A stretch of DNA of 63,615 bases, filler included, from Octopus bimaculoides (Eukaryota): NCBI RefSeq assembly GCF_001194135.2. It is 7 parts of 6 records of this genome, joined end to end, with 100 filler letters (N's around TTAATTAATTAA, not from the genome) between each part and the next. Parts side by side here need not be neighbours in the genome. Positions count along the whole stretch, not along the records: positions 1 to 6,033 come from NC_068982.1; positions 6,134 to 14,720 come from NC_068985.1; 5 more parts are not named here. One strand, 5' to 3'. The notes beneath the pieces were generated by a model, which did no database searches, was not told the DNA's origin, and was given only the letters and a program-made list of their open reading frames with translations. The position numbers and the translations under genes are program-made. Position 1 is the first letter of the stretch; each line of letters begins with the position of its first letter. Below, one piece after another: positions 1 to 13,544 of the stretch.

Positions 1-64
<64 letters not shown>

Positions 65-66
<2 letters not shown>

Positions 67-1362
67 GGGTGCAGTGAATAAATTGTCATCTAAATTATGC
101 AAACATGAAAATAACACTGACATCTCATTTTAACAGATATATTTACCAAAATTACATAAAAATATCTTGAAATACTAAAGAGTGAATTTATTCAATAAAA
201 TCACCATTGCCTTCAACTGTTGCTTCTAGATGACTTTGGAATCTCCTGCAGCTCTTCTGGATGGTCTCCATGTTTAAGTTGGTGAATGTTGCCATAATCC
301 TTGCTTTCAGTCCATCTTTGGTGTTACAAGGAGTTTTGTTAGTCTCTTACTCAACTGCTCCCCACACATAATAATCAAGGGGGTTGCAGTCTGGGGAGTT
401 AGGTGGCCAGATGTTAAGGATGATGAGGTCGCAGAAATTGTCTGACAGCCATGACTGGGTACTCCTGCTTGTGTGGCATGGTGCAGAGTCCTGTTGCCAG
501 ACATAGGGTATTCCTACAGCCACCCTTTTGACCCAAGGCAACACTACCTCCTCCAGGCACTTGATGTAGGCCTCTATGTTGAGACTGAGGTTGTGTGAGA
601 AAATAAATGGAAACATAACGTCACCATCACTAGCGATCACTCCAAACACCATGATGTTGACTGGATGTTTGATTTTTATCACTCTCGGTACATGTTTTGG
701 GGACACAGCAAGCCAACAGTTGTTCTGTGTGTTCACTATCTGATTTTAGCAGAAATTTTCTCGTCTGAGAAAAACCAAAGCATGTTCAGTTGGAGGGGAT
801 GCTTGAGTTTGTTCAAAAGCTTCATAGCATGGTCTTTCCCCTTGTCCTTGATGGCTTGGGATAAAAATTGACTCTTTCTCATCTTGTATGAGGAATACCA
901 AATGTTTTTATGCACTACCTGCCTGATAAGAAACTCAGACACTCCCATGGCCCTAGCGATAAACCTGAATAACTTGGAGGGATCGTTGTCAATCATGGCC
1001 TAGATCTCACCAACAAATTCAGGAGTTCTTTTCTTATCAGAACAATCAGAGTGAGTTTTCCGAGCTGCAGTACCTTTGTAATCAGCATTAGACTCATCCA
1101 ACTCTTTCTGAATCTTTTGCACTGTCCTCAGATTGACACCCAAACACTGCGAAATGTTTGTATTGGAGCTTCTGGCATGAATGCTAAGCAGTACAGCATG
1201 TAGCTTCCAAAATTCTGGCAGAGTGAATTGCGTCATGGTGCTGTTTTCTTTACAGATTATGTCCAACTGACCCTACTAAACTGTGAAGTTGACAAAATAA
1301 AAACAATGTGCATGTGCAAAATTAAAAATATAAAATGGTGACAATTTACCCATCACACCCTG
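65..1362 (-). mobile_element. Full-length decayed Tc1/mariner-superfamily DNA transposon, DD37D (maT) type
   Basis: Imperfect ~26-bp TIRs (CAGGGTGCAGTGAATAAATTGTCATC vs reverse complement of the right end, CAGGGTGTGATGGGTAAATTGTCACC) with TA on both sides (63-64, 1363-1364). Transposase is split over ORFs 1000-1266, 736-996 and 347-736 and contains WFFSDEK, QQDSAPCH and WPPNSPDCNPLD, with 37 residues between the last two catalytic D. Confidence 0.92.
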
Positions 1363-1364
1363 TA

Positions 1365-1412
<48 letters not shown>

Positions 1413-1671
1413 ATCAGAAAATAGAGAAAACTTTTGATCAACAAACAGACAGTAACACTTGTTTGTTAATCAAAAGTTTTCTCCATTTTCTGATTACTTA
1501 AATTTGATTCCTGATAAACTTTTGTTTATTCTGTTGTTACCTGTACCCTATGAGCATAGTGTGCCTGCCTACCTATGCCCAGGGATAGCACAGCTAATTG
1601 ATACTGAGAGTAAATACAGATACTATTATCCCTTAGTCAGTTACTACAACTGCTAACTCTGCTTACCTTTA

Positions 1672-4600
1672 TATATATATATGGTGGACTCTCCCATTGG
1701 TTTCACTGTATGAGGCTCCAACAATGTACTCTTTTTTTGTCAGTCATAACGCTTATGTCAAATGTGACATTTAAGTCCTGCCAATGATTTACAAAGAAGG
1801 CCACAGATTTTGTAAGTATGAAGCCTGTTAATGCTAGTTGCAACAAGTTTTTAATACCATTTCAACACAATGATCTCAATTTTGTTCATTCCAAGGCTGT
1901 TCGCTCAAAGGTGTTATGTGCTATCTTCATCTCTAAGAGGTTACTCTTCAGCTTGTCCATATATCTGAGCCATGGTCAACCAACATTCTTGTGCCCACTT
2001 TCAAGCTGGCTGTACATGAAAACTTTGAGTATTCTTTCGTCACTCATTCTGATGACATGGCCAGCCCAGCGCAATTGTGGTTGTATAAGGAAGCTCTCGA
2101 TTCCACTAATCTTACACTTGCTAAACAAGTCGGAATTAGAAGTTTTGTCTTTTAGTGAATATTGCAGATTGTCCTCAGACAGTCTTTGTGGAAGATGTCT
2201 AGTTGGTTAATGTGTTGTCTATAGGGTATCCACGATTCTGAGTCATAAAAGACAGTAGTAAGAATGGCTGCTTTATAGACATGTACTTTGGTGTCAAGTT
2301 TGATGTCCCTTTCATTCCATAGGCGATGACGGAGTTTGCTAAATGCATTGGTTGCCTTTGCAAGATGGTTGACGATTTCATCATCAAGGGAAGCACTCAA
2401 ATTCATTTTATATAATTTAGGCTTTTCCCATCAACCTGTATAGGACTGTCAGGAAAATTGTGAACCAGTGACCTCTGCTTGACACCTCAAATTTGTTTAG
2501 GAGTAGGGCAAGGTTGGTGCATTACTTCCATCTTCTTTATGTTGATGGTCAAACCAAATGCAGCAAAAAAACGGTCTAGAAGCTCCTGAGCTTCCTCTAA
2601 GGAGGTCACTACTAGTGCAGCATCATCTGCAAAATGTAAATCATGAATGATACTGGTGCATAGCAGTGTTCTGGCTTTGAAATGCTGATGATTGAATAGT
2701 CCACCACTTGTTCGAAACTGGAATTTGACACCACTTTGTATATCACCAAAAGCATACCTCAGCAAAGAAGAGTGCAAATAAAATAGGGGCCATAACACAA
2801 CCTTGCTTTGTGCCATTTGTAATGTCAAAGGAAGCCAAAGATTCCCCACTGGACATTACAGCAGCCTTCATTCCCTCATAAAAGGAGATGATAACATTCA
2901 GCATCTTGTCAGGTATACCATGCTTTTGTAGAACTTTCCATAGTGCTTGCCGGTTAACAGTGTCAATGGCCTTAGTAAGGTCAACGAATATCAAGAACGA
3001 CTCTTGATTTTTTTTCATGTACCTTCTCCATGACCTGTCAGAGGAGAAAGATCATGTCAATAGTGCCACGACCAGAGCAAAATCCGCACTGGAGGAATAT
3101 CATTTACAGCGAGTTTGATGAGCCTGTCATGAATGAATTGAGCAAGAATCTTACCAGCAATAGACAGAAGCAATATTCCACGATGATTATCACAGACACT
3201 TCTGTTTTCTTTGTTCTTATAAAGATGTTGAATTGAGGCATCCTTGAAGTCCTGTGGTACATGGCCTACCTTCCAAATGTTTATGAAGAGGCCATGCAGT
3301 TTCTTAAATCTGTCCAGCATGTTTGCAGATTTCAGGAGGGATAGCATCCCTGCCAGGTGCTTTACCAGAAAAGATCTGTTTAATAGAGTTTACCACTTCC
3401 AGAAAGGTTGGCTCCAGAGAGTTCCAGTATTTCAGTGTGCTGTGGAACAGACATTATGACATTATCATTAGTGACTGAGGTGGAGTTCAATATGGCTTCA
3501 AAGTGATCTTTCCATCATTTCAGAACATCAGGTTTGTCACGCTCTTGAGGATCATACACTTTCTTGAGGCCATCATAAAAGGTTTTAGAATCCTTTCTGT
3601 CAGCAGCTTGTAGTTCAGTAGCCTTGAAACACCACCAAGCCTCCTTCATTTGTCTCAGAGCATGTTGGACCTTGCCTCTGCATTTCTTGTAGGCATTCTC
3701 TTTTCTGGATGAACTCTTATCATTTATCCATCTTTTGTGAGAGCTGTGCATTTTATCTATCAACTGTTGGACATCTGTGTTGTTATCCTTGAACCAATCT
3801 TTATGTTTACAAACAGGAAGTCCAAGAACCTCTACTGATATCAACAATGTTGAGTGCAGTGTCCAATTTGATAGAGAGCTCAGCCTGCTTTTTAACAGTT
3901 TTCAAAGGTAGAAAATTAATGCACTTAGGCACTGATAACTTTTGTAGTCTTGTGTGTTTCAGATGGAATGTAGCCTTACTACAGAGAAGAGAATGATCAG
4001 AGAGATAGTAGGTGTTATGAAAGGAATGTATAATGTTAAAGTCCCTAATATTTCATTTTTTAGTGATAACATAGTCTATGAGATGCCAATCCTTAGATCT
4101 ATGATGCATACAAGTCATCTTGCAACAATTTCACTGTTGAAAAAAGGTATTTGTGATGCTCAGACTGAATTCCCTGCAAATGGAGAGCACAAGCAGACTG
4201 CTGGAATTCATTCAATCTACACCATGGTGACCAAGTACACCCTCCCATGCCCGATAGTCAGTACCAACACGAGTGTCAAAGTCGCCCATAAGGATAAGTT
4301 TATCCTTATGGTGACAACTAGAGATGATATTATGGAGTTGGTTGTAAATTCATCCTTTTCCTGCTCAGTGCTGGCCATGGTTGGAGCATAGCAACTGACA
4401 AGCATAGCACAAGTGTTGTGATCAAGTTCCAATGTTAGTGTCATGATGCAATCAGAAATACCTTTGGGTAGAGAAAGAAAGGATTTGGCTATTTCTGTTT
4501 TAATGGCAATATGTATCCACCTTTACTTTCTTCTAACTGCGATGATCCTACAAGATGAGTTTCACTGAGTGCAGCTATGTCAATGTTGTATTTCTTTAAT

Positions 4601-5620
4601 TCAAAGGCAACCAATGCTGTTTTTCATTCTGGTGCTGAGTGACTATCTTGGAGAGTGCACACATTCCAAGAACCAAGGTTAATATTCTTAGATTTCTTCA
4701 TGTTTCAACTGTGTTACTGAATAAACAGACAGCTGCAGTGGGCTGACAAGTTTAAGGTGAGTAATCAATGTTTGGGCTCCTTTTCTCACCCCTTCCCGTT
4801 GGGGAAAGCAGTGCTGTGTTTAAATAGACCTGCTTTGTCACCACTAGAGGACACAGACAGCACAGCTCCTCACAAGTTCTATGCTGGAACAGCTATCACC
4901 CAATGGTCACCGACTGTGTAGAGATCTAGCAAGAGATTTCCAGTAATATCTTTTACCTGTCCCTGCCACTTTCACTCTCTCACCAGAGGACTTTTTTATT
5001 TTTTTCAAGTTGAAGCTGTGCCGTATTGAATGAATAAATGTAAGTTGTCAGAAAACCCACACAAATAATTTGATTTGAGTGTTGAAGGCTTGTGTAGAAC
5101 CAGCCACACTTTTTGGAAGTAATGATAGAAAGAATATGGTGCATATATGTGCCACAATAAAGAACAACACACCTCAGGCTTTTTCTTCAGAAGTTTCCAT
5201 CTAGAAGAGCCGCTATAAACAAGCTGGAGAGCTTAGTTTACCTCATGAGTCAGAGTTTGCTGATAGTACAGCCTTGTTAAGAAGACCCTCAGCAACCATA
5301 TATCAGAGTTTCCCTCTCCTAGATGGGATGCCTTCACCACAATTAAAGATCCCCATCTGTCCCCTAATATATGGAATTAAATACATCAGAAAATATATAT
5401 ATCCACATACACATATATAGTTAGATGGCCATTGACTACTTATGAGTTCCTCTATCCTTTATGACAGGTTTTATTTTCTGTCGTGCAGGGTGTCCTATAA
5501 TCTCCCTCCTCACCAAGCAAGATTGGTGGGATTGCCAGTTTAGTCGCTGACTACCCGACAATGTAACAGGTTGTACTGGGTTACCAGTAGTGAATAAAAG
5601 CGACTAACAACACTCAAGAG
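1672..5620 (-). mobile_element. Near full-length decayed RTE-clade (BovB-like) LINE with ~0.9-kb 5' UTR
   Basis: Frameshifted ORF from ATG at 4701 (MKKSKNINLGSWNVC...KYNIDIAALSE, APE endonuclease), VSCYAPT, RT motifs FVDLTKAIDTV, GTKQGCVMAP and LHFADDAAL, and a C-terminal KICGLLCKSLAGLKCH knuckle near 1750-1810. The 5' UTR contains an RTE-type motif (GGCATCCCATCTAGGAGAGGGAAACTCTGA, recalled from related elements). The 3' end abuts a TA repeat. Confidence 0.9.
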
Positions 5621-5639
5621 CGAGTGGCTGTGTGGCAAG

Positions 5640-5738
5640 TAGCGTTGCTTACCAAGCGGACGTGGTTTTTTTGTCACTCCCGCTTCACGTCGCTGAATGC
5701 CAGCGTCGTGAATTTTTGACGTACAACTACAGGTAAGA
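5640..5738 (+). promoter_or_regulatory. CpG-rich segment ending in a consensus splice donor; candidate non-coding first exon
   Basis: Local CpG enrichment immediately outside the LINE 5' end, followed by CAG|GTAAGA at 5732/5733. No coding evidence. Confidence 0.25.
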
Positions 5739-6033
5739 CTTTTGTGTTTTTTTGGATTTAGTGGGGGTTTGTTGCTCGTGTTTATTTATAGTTATGTCAA
5801 GCAAGAAATCTCCACTGAATTCCACGCATTTGTCTGCCTGTGGTTGTGCTTAAAGTCTCACTTAGCGGTGAGAAGAGTGTTTTGGAGGTATCACTCCTCC
5901 CAAAATTGTGAACTTAGTTTGTAAAAGTTTGTTGTCTTCAAGTCATGATTTGAAAACTACAGATAAATATTGTGAACTTTGTTTAAAAAAGAAAAGGAAT
6001 TTATTGTTTTAAAACCAAGTTTTGAAAGCTAAT

Positions 6034-6133
6034 NNNNNNNNNNNNNNNNNNNNNNNNNNNNNNNNNNNNNNNNNNNNTTAATTAATTAANNNNNNNNNNN
6101 NNNNNNNNNNNNNNNNNNNNNNNNNNNNNNNNN
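6034..6133. other. Artificial 100-nt scaffolding spacer (44 N + TTAATTAATTAA + 44 N); also at 14721-14820, 37987-38086, 54691-54790, 58407-58506 and 60507-60606
   Basis: Six identical instances of exactly 100 nt. The 12-mer gives stop codons in all six frames. Confidence 0.95.
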
Positions 6134-6169
<36 letters not shown>

Positions 6170-6440
6170 AACACACACATTCTCGAATGTTTGTTTATAT
6201 AGACACTCAGAATTATTAGTTTCACGTAAAGATTTAGACAGGTGCACATTATCTAACCTGGATTTTTACATTTACATACATCCGTACTTGATATTATATG
6301 CACCTACACACATGTACACACACACACACACACACATGTACAAACACACACACACACATGTACAAACACACATGCACACTGATACGCGAGTGCCTACACA
6401 TATAGTCAGATTATGTCTGTGTGCGTTCGCATATACGAGT

Positions 6441-6488
<48 letters not shown>

Positions 6489-6950
6489 GTGTGTGTGTGT
6501 GTGTGTAAATACTGTATATGTCTATGCGTTTGTATGTTTTATTTAATGGGCTTACGACTTGAACCAGAAAGATGTTTGGAGCCTTATGCCTTTTTATATT
6601 TGGAGGATCAATGATATCCACCCAGATAGTTATCTAAGCGATACCATTTGGGATTTAAGGAAGGCCCTATTACACATTAATAAGTATGTGTGTGTTTGTG
6701 TGTGCGTGTGCGCGTGCGTGTGTGTGTGTCCGTAAGTATGTGTGTAAGCGTGATTGTGTGTAAGTGTGTGTACGTGTGTGTAGACATGTAATTCGGTGAA
6801 TCTAGTTGTATAGTTATTGAACAACTGAACATTCATAACCAGAATTCCGTACATACATACATACATACATACATACATACATGCATACATACATGCATAT
6901 ATACATGCATACATACGTACATACATACATACATACATACATACATACAT

Positions 6951-7318
6951 TGTTGTTGTTGGCACTTCGTAGCTTACGACGTCGAGAGTTCCAGTTGATC
7001 CGATCAACGGAACAGCCTGCTCGTGAAATTAACGTGCAAGTGGCTGAGCACTCCACAGACATGTGTACCCTTAACGTAGTTCTCGGGGATATTCAGCGTG
7101 ACACAGAGTGTGACAAGGCTGACCCTTTGAATTACAGGCACAACAGAAACAGGAAGTAAGAGTGAGAGAAAGTTGTGGTGGAAGAGTACACCAGGGTTCG
7201 CCACCATCCTCTAGGTGTTTTCGCTCAATAAACACTCACAACGCCCAGTCTGGGAATCGAAACCGCGATCATATGACCACGAGTCCGCTGCCCTAACCAC
7301 TGGGCCACTGCGCCTCCA
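6951..7318 (-). mobile_element. tRNA-derived SINE family A (~380 bp, CAA tail), inserted in (CATA)n
   Basis: A box TGGCCCAGTGG and B-box-like GTTTCGATTCC in the head. High identity to five other copies in the window. Confidence 0.9.
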
Positions 7319-7390
7319 CTACATACATGCATACATACATACATACATACATACATACATACATACATACATTCATTCATACATACGTAC

Positions 7391-7849
7391 ATGTTAACAT
7401 AAAGCTAAAGATCAGAAACGAAAATACTTACGCTGAACTATTGAGAAATCTATACTTACTCTATTCAGATTACAGTTTCATGTTCATACCCGTAATTATT
7501 GGGGGCACTGGGATAAGTAGCACATTAACTTAAATATCAATTTTGAGAAATTAGGCTTCTCAAAATCAGATCAGAGAAAGTTGATTCGATGACTACAGAT
7601 ACAAGCCATCACTGGAACTGTAAAACTTCATCTAAGTACATAATTGTATGTCTAGACATGCAACTATATGCATAAGGATACATACATAAAGCAAAACACA
7701 AAAATCTGCATACGCACTGACTCCAGATACTTCATGTATACACACATACATGCAAAGCACCATGTTGATGTTGAAATTCCAATGAAGGAGCCTTGGATCT
7801 TAATTGGAAACCGGGTCTTTCTCTGTAAAGCTTGAAATAAAACTGAATA
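7391..7849 (+). mobile_element. 5'-truncated R4/Dong-type (RLE) non-LTR retrotransposon 3' end, preceded by (CATA)n
   Basis: Translation VNIKLKIRNENTYAELLRNLYLLYSDYSFMFIPVIIG...LQIQAITGTVK is similar to the C-terminus at 38422-38670. The 3' UTR shares the motif GGAGCCTTG...TTGGAAACC. Confidence 0.75.
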
Positions 7850-8085
7850 CTTATTTCTTTATTGCCCACAAGCGGCTAAACATAGAGGGGACAAACAAGG
7901 ACAAACAAAGAGATTAAGTCGATTACATCGACCCCAGTGCGTAACTGGTACTTATTTAATCGCCTCCCGAAAGGATGAAAGGCAAAGTTGACCTCGGCGG
8001 AATTTGAACTCAGAACGTAACGACAGACGAAATACTGCTAAGCATTTCGCCCGGCGTCCTAACGTTTCTGCCAGCTCGCCGCCTT
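7850..8085 (-). mobile_element. SINE family B with Nin/Deu-like central domain
   Basis: Core GTCGACTTTGCCTTTCATCCTTTCGGGGTCGATAAATTAAGTACCAG recurs in more than 12 copies in the window. Resemblance to the Deu/Nin domain is from recall. Confidence 0.8.
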
Positions 8086-8926
8086 NNNNNNNNNNNNNNN
8101 NNNNNNNNNNNNNNNNNNNNNNNNNNNNNNNNNNNNNNNNNNNNNNNNNNNNNNNNNNNNNNNNNNNNNNNNNNNNNNNNNNNNNNNNNNNNNNNNNNNN
8201 NNNNNNNNNNNNNNNNNNNNNNNNNNNNNNNNNNNNNNNNNNNNNNNNNNNNNNNNNNNNNNNNNNNNNNNNNNNNNNNNNNNNNNNNNNNNNNNNNNNN
8301 NNNNNNNNNNNNNNNNNNNNNNNNNNNNNNNNNNNNNNNNNNNNNNNNNNNNNNNNNNNNNNNNNNNNNNNNNNNNNNNNNNNNNNNNNNNNNNNNNNNN
8401 NNNNNNNNNNNNNNNNNNNNNNNNNNNNNNNNNNNNNNNNNNNNNNNNNNNNNNNNNNNNNNNNNNNNNNNNNNNNNNNNNNNNNNNNNNNNNNNNNNNN
8501 NNNNNNNNNNNNNNNNNNNNNNNNNNNNNNNNNNNNNNNNNNNNNNNNNNNNNNNNNNNNNNNNNNNNNNNNNNNNNNNNNNNNNNNNNNNNNNNNNNNN
8601 NNNNNNNNNNNNNNNNNNNNNNNNNNNNNNNNNNNNNNNNNNNNNNNNNNNNNNNNNNNNNNNNNNNNNNNNNNNNNNNNNNNNNNNNNNNNNNNNNNNN
8701 NNNNNNNNNNNNNNNNNNNNNNNNNNNNNNNNNNNNNNNNNNNNNNNNNNNNNNNNNNNNNNNNNNNNNNNNNNNNNNNNNNNNNNNNNNNNNNNNNNNN
8801 NNNNNNNNNNNNNNNNNNNNNNNNNNNNNNNNNNNNNNNNNNNNNNNNNNNNNNNNNNNNNNNNNNNNNNNNNNNNNNNNNNNNNNNNNNNNNNNNNNNN
8901 NNNNNNNNNNNNNNNNNNNNNNNNNN

Positions 8927-8975
<49 letters not shown>

Positions 8976-10546
8976 TCATGTCCAAAGATCGCATCTAAAG
9001 GTTATGTGATTAACAAAGGCATGCTCACCAAAACACTTCAGTCGCCGGGACGCATATATGCTGTTTTCTTACCCTGCTTCATTTATAAACATTACGACTG
9101 CTTTGTCATCTCCAAACAAGATAGTTGCAAACTCTGACAAGGCTCATATCCGTCTCTCCTTCTCTCGTTGCCCGTAATTTGTGTCATATCTATATCACGC
9201 AGTAACGCTTCGCCCAAGCATATCTCCCCAGAACAGCAACCGCCCGGCTCGTGCTTTCCGTACAGACATCAATCAATACATGTTCAAGCTGAACTTCTTT
9301 TAAATCACTCTCATCACTTACAGAATGTGAAGGTCATGGACAGGTATCCCATCCTTCTGACTAAGCTATGAAAAAGTTATTTCTCTCAGTGTAAAAAGGG
9401 TGATAACATGACCATCAGTGCGTTTCGAATCCATAAATGAAATTCGGATACAGAACGCAGAGAACAGGAACAGGATAACAGAAAAAATCATCTTTGCCTG
9501 TACCTCTAACAACTTTTCTAATCTATCTCCCTAGGATGGTACTTTATTTATCGACCTTCGAGAGGATGAACAGCACAATTGATCTCTGCGGGATTTGAAT
9601 TCAGAATCTAAAGAGTTAGAACGTTTAACGTAAAGCGTTCTAACCAATGCTTTAACGATTCTGCAAATTCATTGCCATGACAAACCAAAAAGCAGCTGGA
9701 ACCAACATTGTTGTACATAAAACGACACATTCTTTAGCAGTCACAACAATTATATGTTGTCTATAGAATCTTGTTTAACAGACTATGGGGAGGAGCGGGA
9801 AGATACTAAAGTAGTAATGATAAGGTATTTCGGTAAAATCTAACAATGTATAGTTATGTAAGAAACAGTAACAGCTTGTATGGAGTCTCACTTCTTTCTA
9901 AAATATCCAAGGTGTTTTGTAAGTTTATCTTAAAACAGAATAATGACTACAGAGAGTGTCATAACACTCTGGGAATTTTAAATTGAATTTCGACCAAGAG
10001 AAAGATGTTATCGCGAACAAGTTTACATATTGAGAATAATTCTAGAAGAATTCATCCTGCCATTCTGGTATAAAATTTTATTGATATCATCAAGAAGTTC
10101 TTTGACAGTGTTTAGTGAAAGTCTTTTGATTGTCCTTAGTGTGAGTCTATCTGGAAATTTCTGGTGGTAGTTGTAAAAAAAAAAAAAAAAGAAAAACGAA
10201 CAAACTACAACGAGGATAAATAAACTGAGAAGCTAAATTTGAGAGAAGGAAGAAAGAGAGAGAGAGGGAAAAGAAAAGAAAGACAGCTGGAGTAAAAGAG
10301 GGAGATATCTACCGAGTGTGTTGTTCGGTATGACCATTGACTTCAGTTTCAAGAGAAAATCTTCGTGGTTAATAGATAAAATAGATAAATGGCGATAAAG
10401 AAACCAAAGAATATGAGACATGTAGGTTTTGCAGACGACAGAGAAATACAGTATTGGTGCATCAGGTCGCCGTTAGTTATTTTATCAGAGGGCTCAATGT
10501 TTCTTGCAGGACCTCTTTACGTAATGTGTTTGCTAGTCGTCCATAT

Positions 10547-10735
10547 TTTTTTTACTTGTTTTAGTCATTGGACTGGGATACCGTCTTGAAGAGTTTAGTC
10601 GAGCAAATCGATCCTAGTACTTAATTTTTTAAGCCTGGTATTTATTCTATCGTTTTCTTATGCTGAACTGCTACGTAAAACGGTACGTAAACAAACGAAC
10701 ACCGGTTGTCAAGCAGTGATGGGGTACAAACACAA
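10547..10735 (-). mobile_element. SINE family C, 3' half (5' part lost in microsatellite and gap)
   Basis: Reverse complement matches 19700-19897 and 46920-47112. Confidence 0.8.
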
Positions 10736-10764
10736 ACACAAAGACACGCACGCATAGATACAAT

Positions 10765-10816
<52 letters not shown>

Positions 10817-12049
10817 NNNNNNNNNNNNNNNNNNNNNNNNNNNNNNNNNNNNNNNNNNNNNNNNNNNNNNNNNNNNNNNNNNNNNNNNNNNNNNNNNNNN
10901 NNNNNNNNNNNNNNNNNNNNNNNNNNNNNNNNNNNNNNNNNNNNNNNNNNNNNNNNNNNNNNNNNNNNNNNNNNNNNNNNNNNNNNNNNNNNNNNNNNNN
11001 NNNNNNNNNNNNNNNNNNNNNNNNNNNNNNNNNNNNNNNNNNNNNNNNNNNNNNNNNNNNNNNNNNNNNNNNNNNNNNNNNNNNNNNNNNNNNNNNNNNN
11101 NNNNNNNNNNNNNNNNNNNNNNNNNNNNNNNNNNNNNNNNNNNNNNNNNNNNNNNNNNNNNNNNNNNNNNNNNNNNNNNNNNNNNNNNNNNNNNNNNNNN
11201 NNNNNNNNNNNNNNNNNNNNNNNNNNNNNNNNNNNNNNNNNNNNNNNNNNNNNNNNNNNNNNNNNNNNNNNNNNNNNNNNNNNNNNNNNNNNNNNNNNNN
11301 NNNNNNNNNNNNNNNNNNNNNNNNNNNNNNNNNNNNNNNNNNNNNNNNNNNNNNNNNNNNNNNNNNNNNNNNNNNNNNNNNNNNNNNNNNNNNNNNNNNN
11401 NNNNNNNNNNNNNNNNNNNNNNNNNNNNNNNNNNNNNNNNNNNNNTTTACCGTCTTTGAAAGGTAAATTCACCCTCGACGAAATTTGAACTTAAGACTTG
11501 AGGACGAACGAAATACCGCTATGCATTGTGTCCGGCGTGCAAACAGCTCGCTGTCTTAGATTATATTCTTAAAATGGCAAGGAAAGGAAGACCGTAAATC
11601 AACTAAGTGGAAAATTTCATTAAAATCTCATAAAATATCAATGCTAATGCTAAATCATCAACAGTATTAAAAATTAATAGGAATGCATCTATCTTCGAAA
11701 TTGTATCGATAGTGAATGAATGATGAAGAATAATTGCAAAAACTACTCATGCCTTTAGAAGAACTGATAATCTATCCCTGTTATCTCTCATTCTTTAAAT
11801 CTTTCCTGAAATAATAAGGATCCACAAGGTCGGTGATTATCTCTGATTACTATAACATTAGGTGGATGAAAGATAAAAATCTCCCATCGGATAGTAGGTT
11901 GGTCCTATCGAAGGTAACATCTCCCAAGAGATGGATCTGAACTTGGGACTTTAAACAACTAAAGAAATGCTCATCAATTTCAAAGTTCTGGACTTGAAAA
12001 AGACTCCGACGAGCATTATAAGATGTTGAAGGCAATGACAACATCAATG

Positions 12050-12064
12050 TTGTTGTTGTTGTTG

Positions 12065-12095
<31 letters not shown>

Positions 12096-12103
12096 TGACG
12101 GTG

Positions 12104-12138
<35 letters not shown>

Positions 12139-12176
12139 AGCATTGATGATAATGATGATTATGATGATGGTGGTGG

Positions 12177-12220
<44 letters not shown>

Positions 12221-12310
12221 GTGGTGATGATGATGATGATGATACTGGTGACGGTGAGGATGTAATTGATGATAGTTATTGTGGTGAGGAAGATGATGAT
12301 GTTGATTAGA
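12050..12310. repeat. Compound (ATG/GTG/GTT)n microsatellite
   Basis: Direct inspection; source of the poly-M, poly-H and poly-S ORFs. Confidence 0.95.
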
Positions 12311-12619
12311 AAAGATGGTGATAGGCTTTGTGTCGTCTGTTACTCTCGTCTTTAGCAAAATAATTCTTCTCATTTTTTTTATTGAGTTTATGAGATTTGT
12401 TCTTTTTAGTGTTATCAGAACGAAGTCTCTTTTCGTCACAGATATTAAGGGAATTCTTTCTTCTCTCGTCACTTTTGAATCTATAACTATTTTTTTCTTC
12501 CTTTTGTCCCTTTCTCCTTTACTAATTGTCAATTTTTATTTATTTTTGATGCATTAACTTATTTCATTTATTTAATTTTATCATTAGGATTTTAAATATT
12601 ACCATAGAATAATAATAAC

Positions 12620-12790
12620 AATAATAACGGTTTTAAATTCTGGAATAAGGCCAGCAAGTTTTAAGAGGAGGTGACTAGTCGATTACATCAACCCCATCGT
12701 GCAGCTGGTACGTATTTTATCGACCCTGAACGGATGATAGGCAAAGTCGACTTCAGTAATAACATATATTCTTAGCATTCTGTCCAACGT
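12620..12790 (-). mobile_element. SINE family B, degenerate copy
   Basis: Core domain present on the minus strand. Confidence 0.7.
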
Positions 12791-12859
12791 GCAAGACGAT
12801 GAGATGAACGTTACCTTTCCCTTTAAAAGTTGCTGGCCTTATGTCAAAATTTAAACCCG

Positions 12860-12923
<64 letters not shown>

Positions 12924-12948
12924 CATCATCACCATCATTATTATTATC

Positions 12949-13145
12949 AAGGCAGCGAGCTGGCAGAATCGTTGGTAAGTCGGGTGAAATGCATAGCGGT
13001 ATTTTGTCTGTTTTCGTGTTCTGCGTTCAAATTTTGCCTTTCATCCTTTCGGGGCCGATAAATTATGTACCAGTGATACACTGGAATCGATGTAATCGAC
13101 TCATCTCCTCCCCCAAAAATGGCTTCCCTTGTAAAATTTGAAACA
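12949..13145 (+). mobile_element. SINE family B in (ATT)n
   Basis: Head AAGGCAGCGAGCTGGCAGAATCG, core domain and ATT tail. Confidence 0.8.
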
Positions 13146-13165
13146 TTATTATTATTATTATTATT

Positions 13166-13544
13166 GTTCAATAGTTTTATTTTTATAACGTGCTTTCACT
13201 TCACTACCGAGCGCATCTCTGTGTGCATTGGGTATGTGCTGTGGTTTGCTGTGGTGCTCTTATGGTTACTGTATTGAAAGTATTTTGCGCAGGATGTGTG
13301 CAGTACCCAGTAATGAAATTTTCTGTATGTTATATATATTTGTAAGTCCTGGTGTTTTTATTATGTATTTGTCTGAATATTTTTTTATTATACCTAATGC
13401 GCCTACTATGATAGGAATTGTTTCTGTTTTTAGATTCCACATTCAAGTTACCTCTATTTCCAGGTCTTGGTATTTTGAAAGTTTCTTCAGTTCTTTTAGG
13501 GAAACGTTGTCATCTGCTGGTATTGATACATCAATTAGAAAGCA

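Noticed and set aside
6078-6089. Recurrent TTAATTAATTAA motif as a biological repeat
   Set aside because: Always centred in exactly 44 N + 44 N, so it is a synthetic joiner.
7952-9137. Long ORFs across N runs (also 10642-11488, 16994-17864, 33240-34073, 45173-46275, 51288-53894)
   Set aside because: They consist of X residues and dinucleotide-repeat translations.
11851-11902. Ig-like microexon (WMKDKNLPSDSRLVLSK)
   Set aside because: Weak acceptor, very short, and similarity too slight to support.
12023-12532. Poly-Met, poly-His and poly-Ser proteins
   Set aside because: Translations of a trinucleotide microsatellite.
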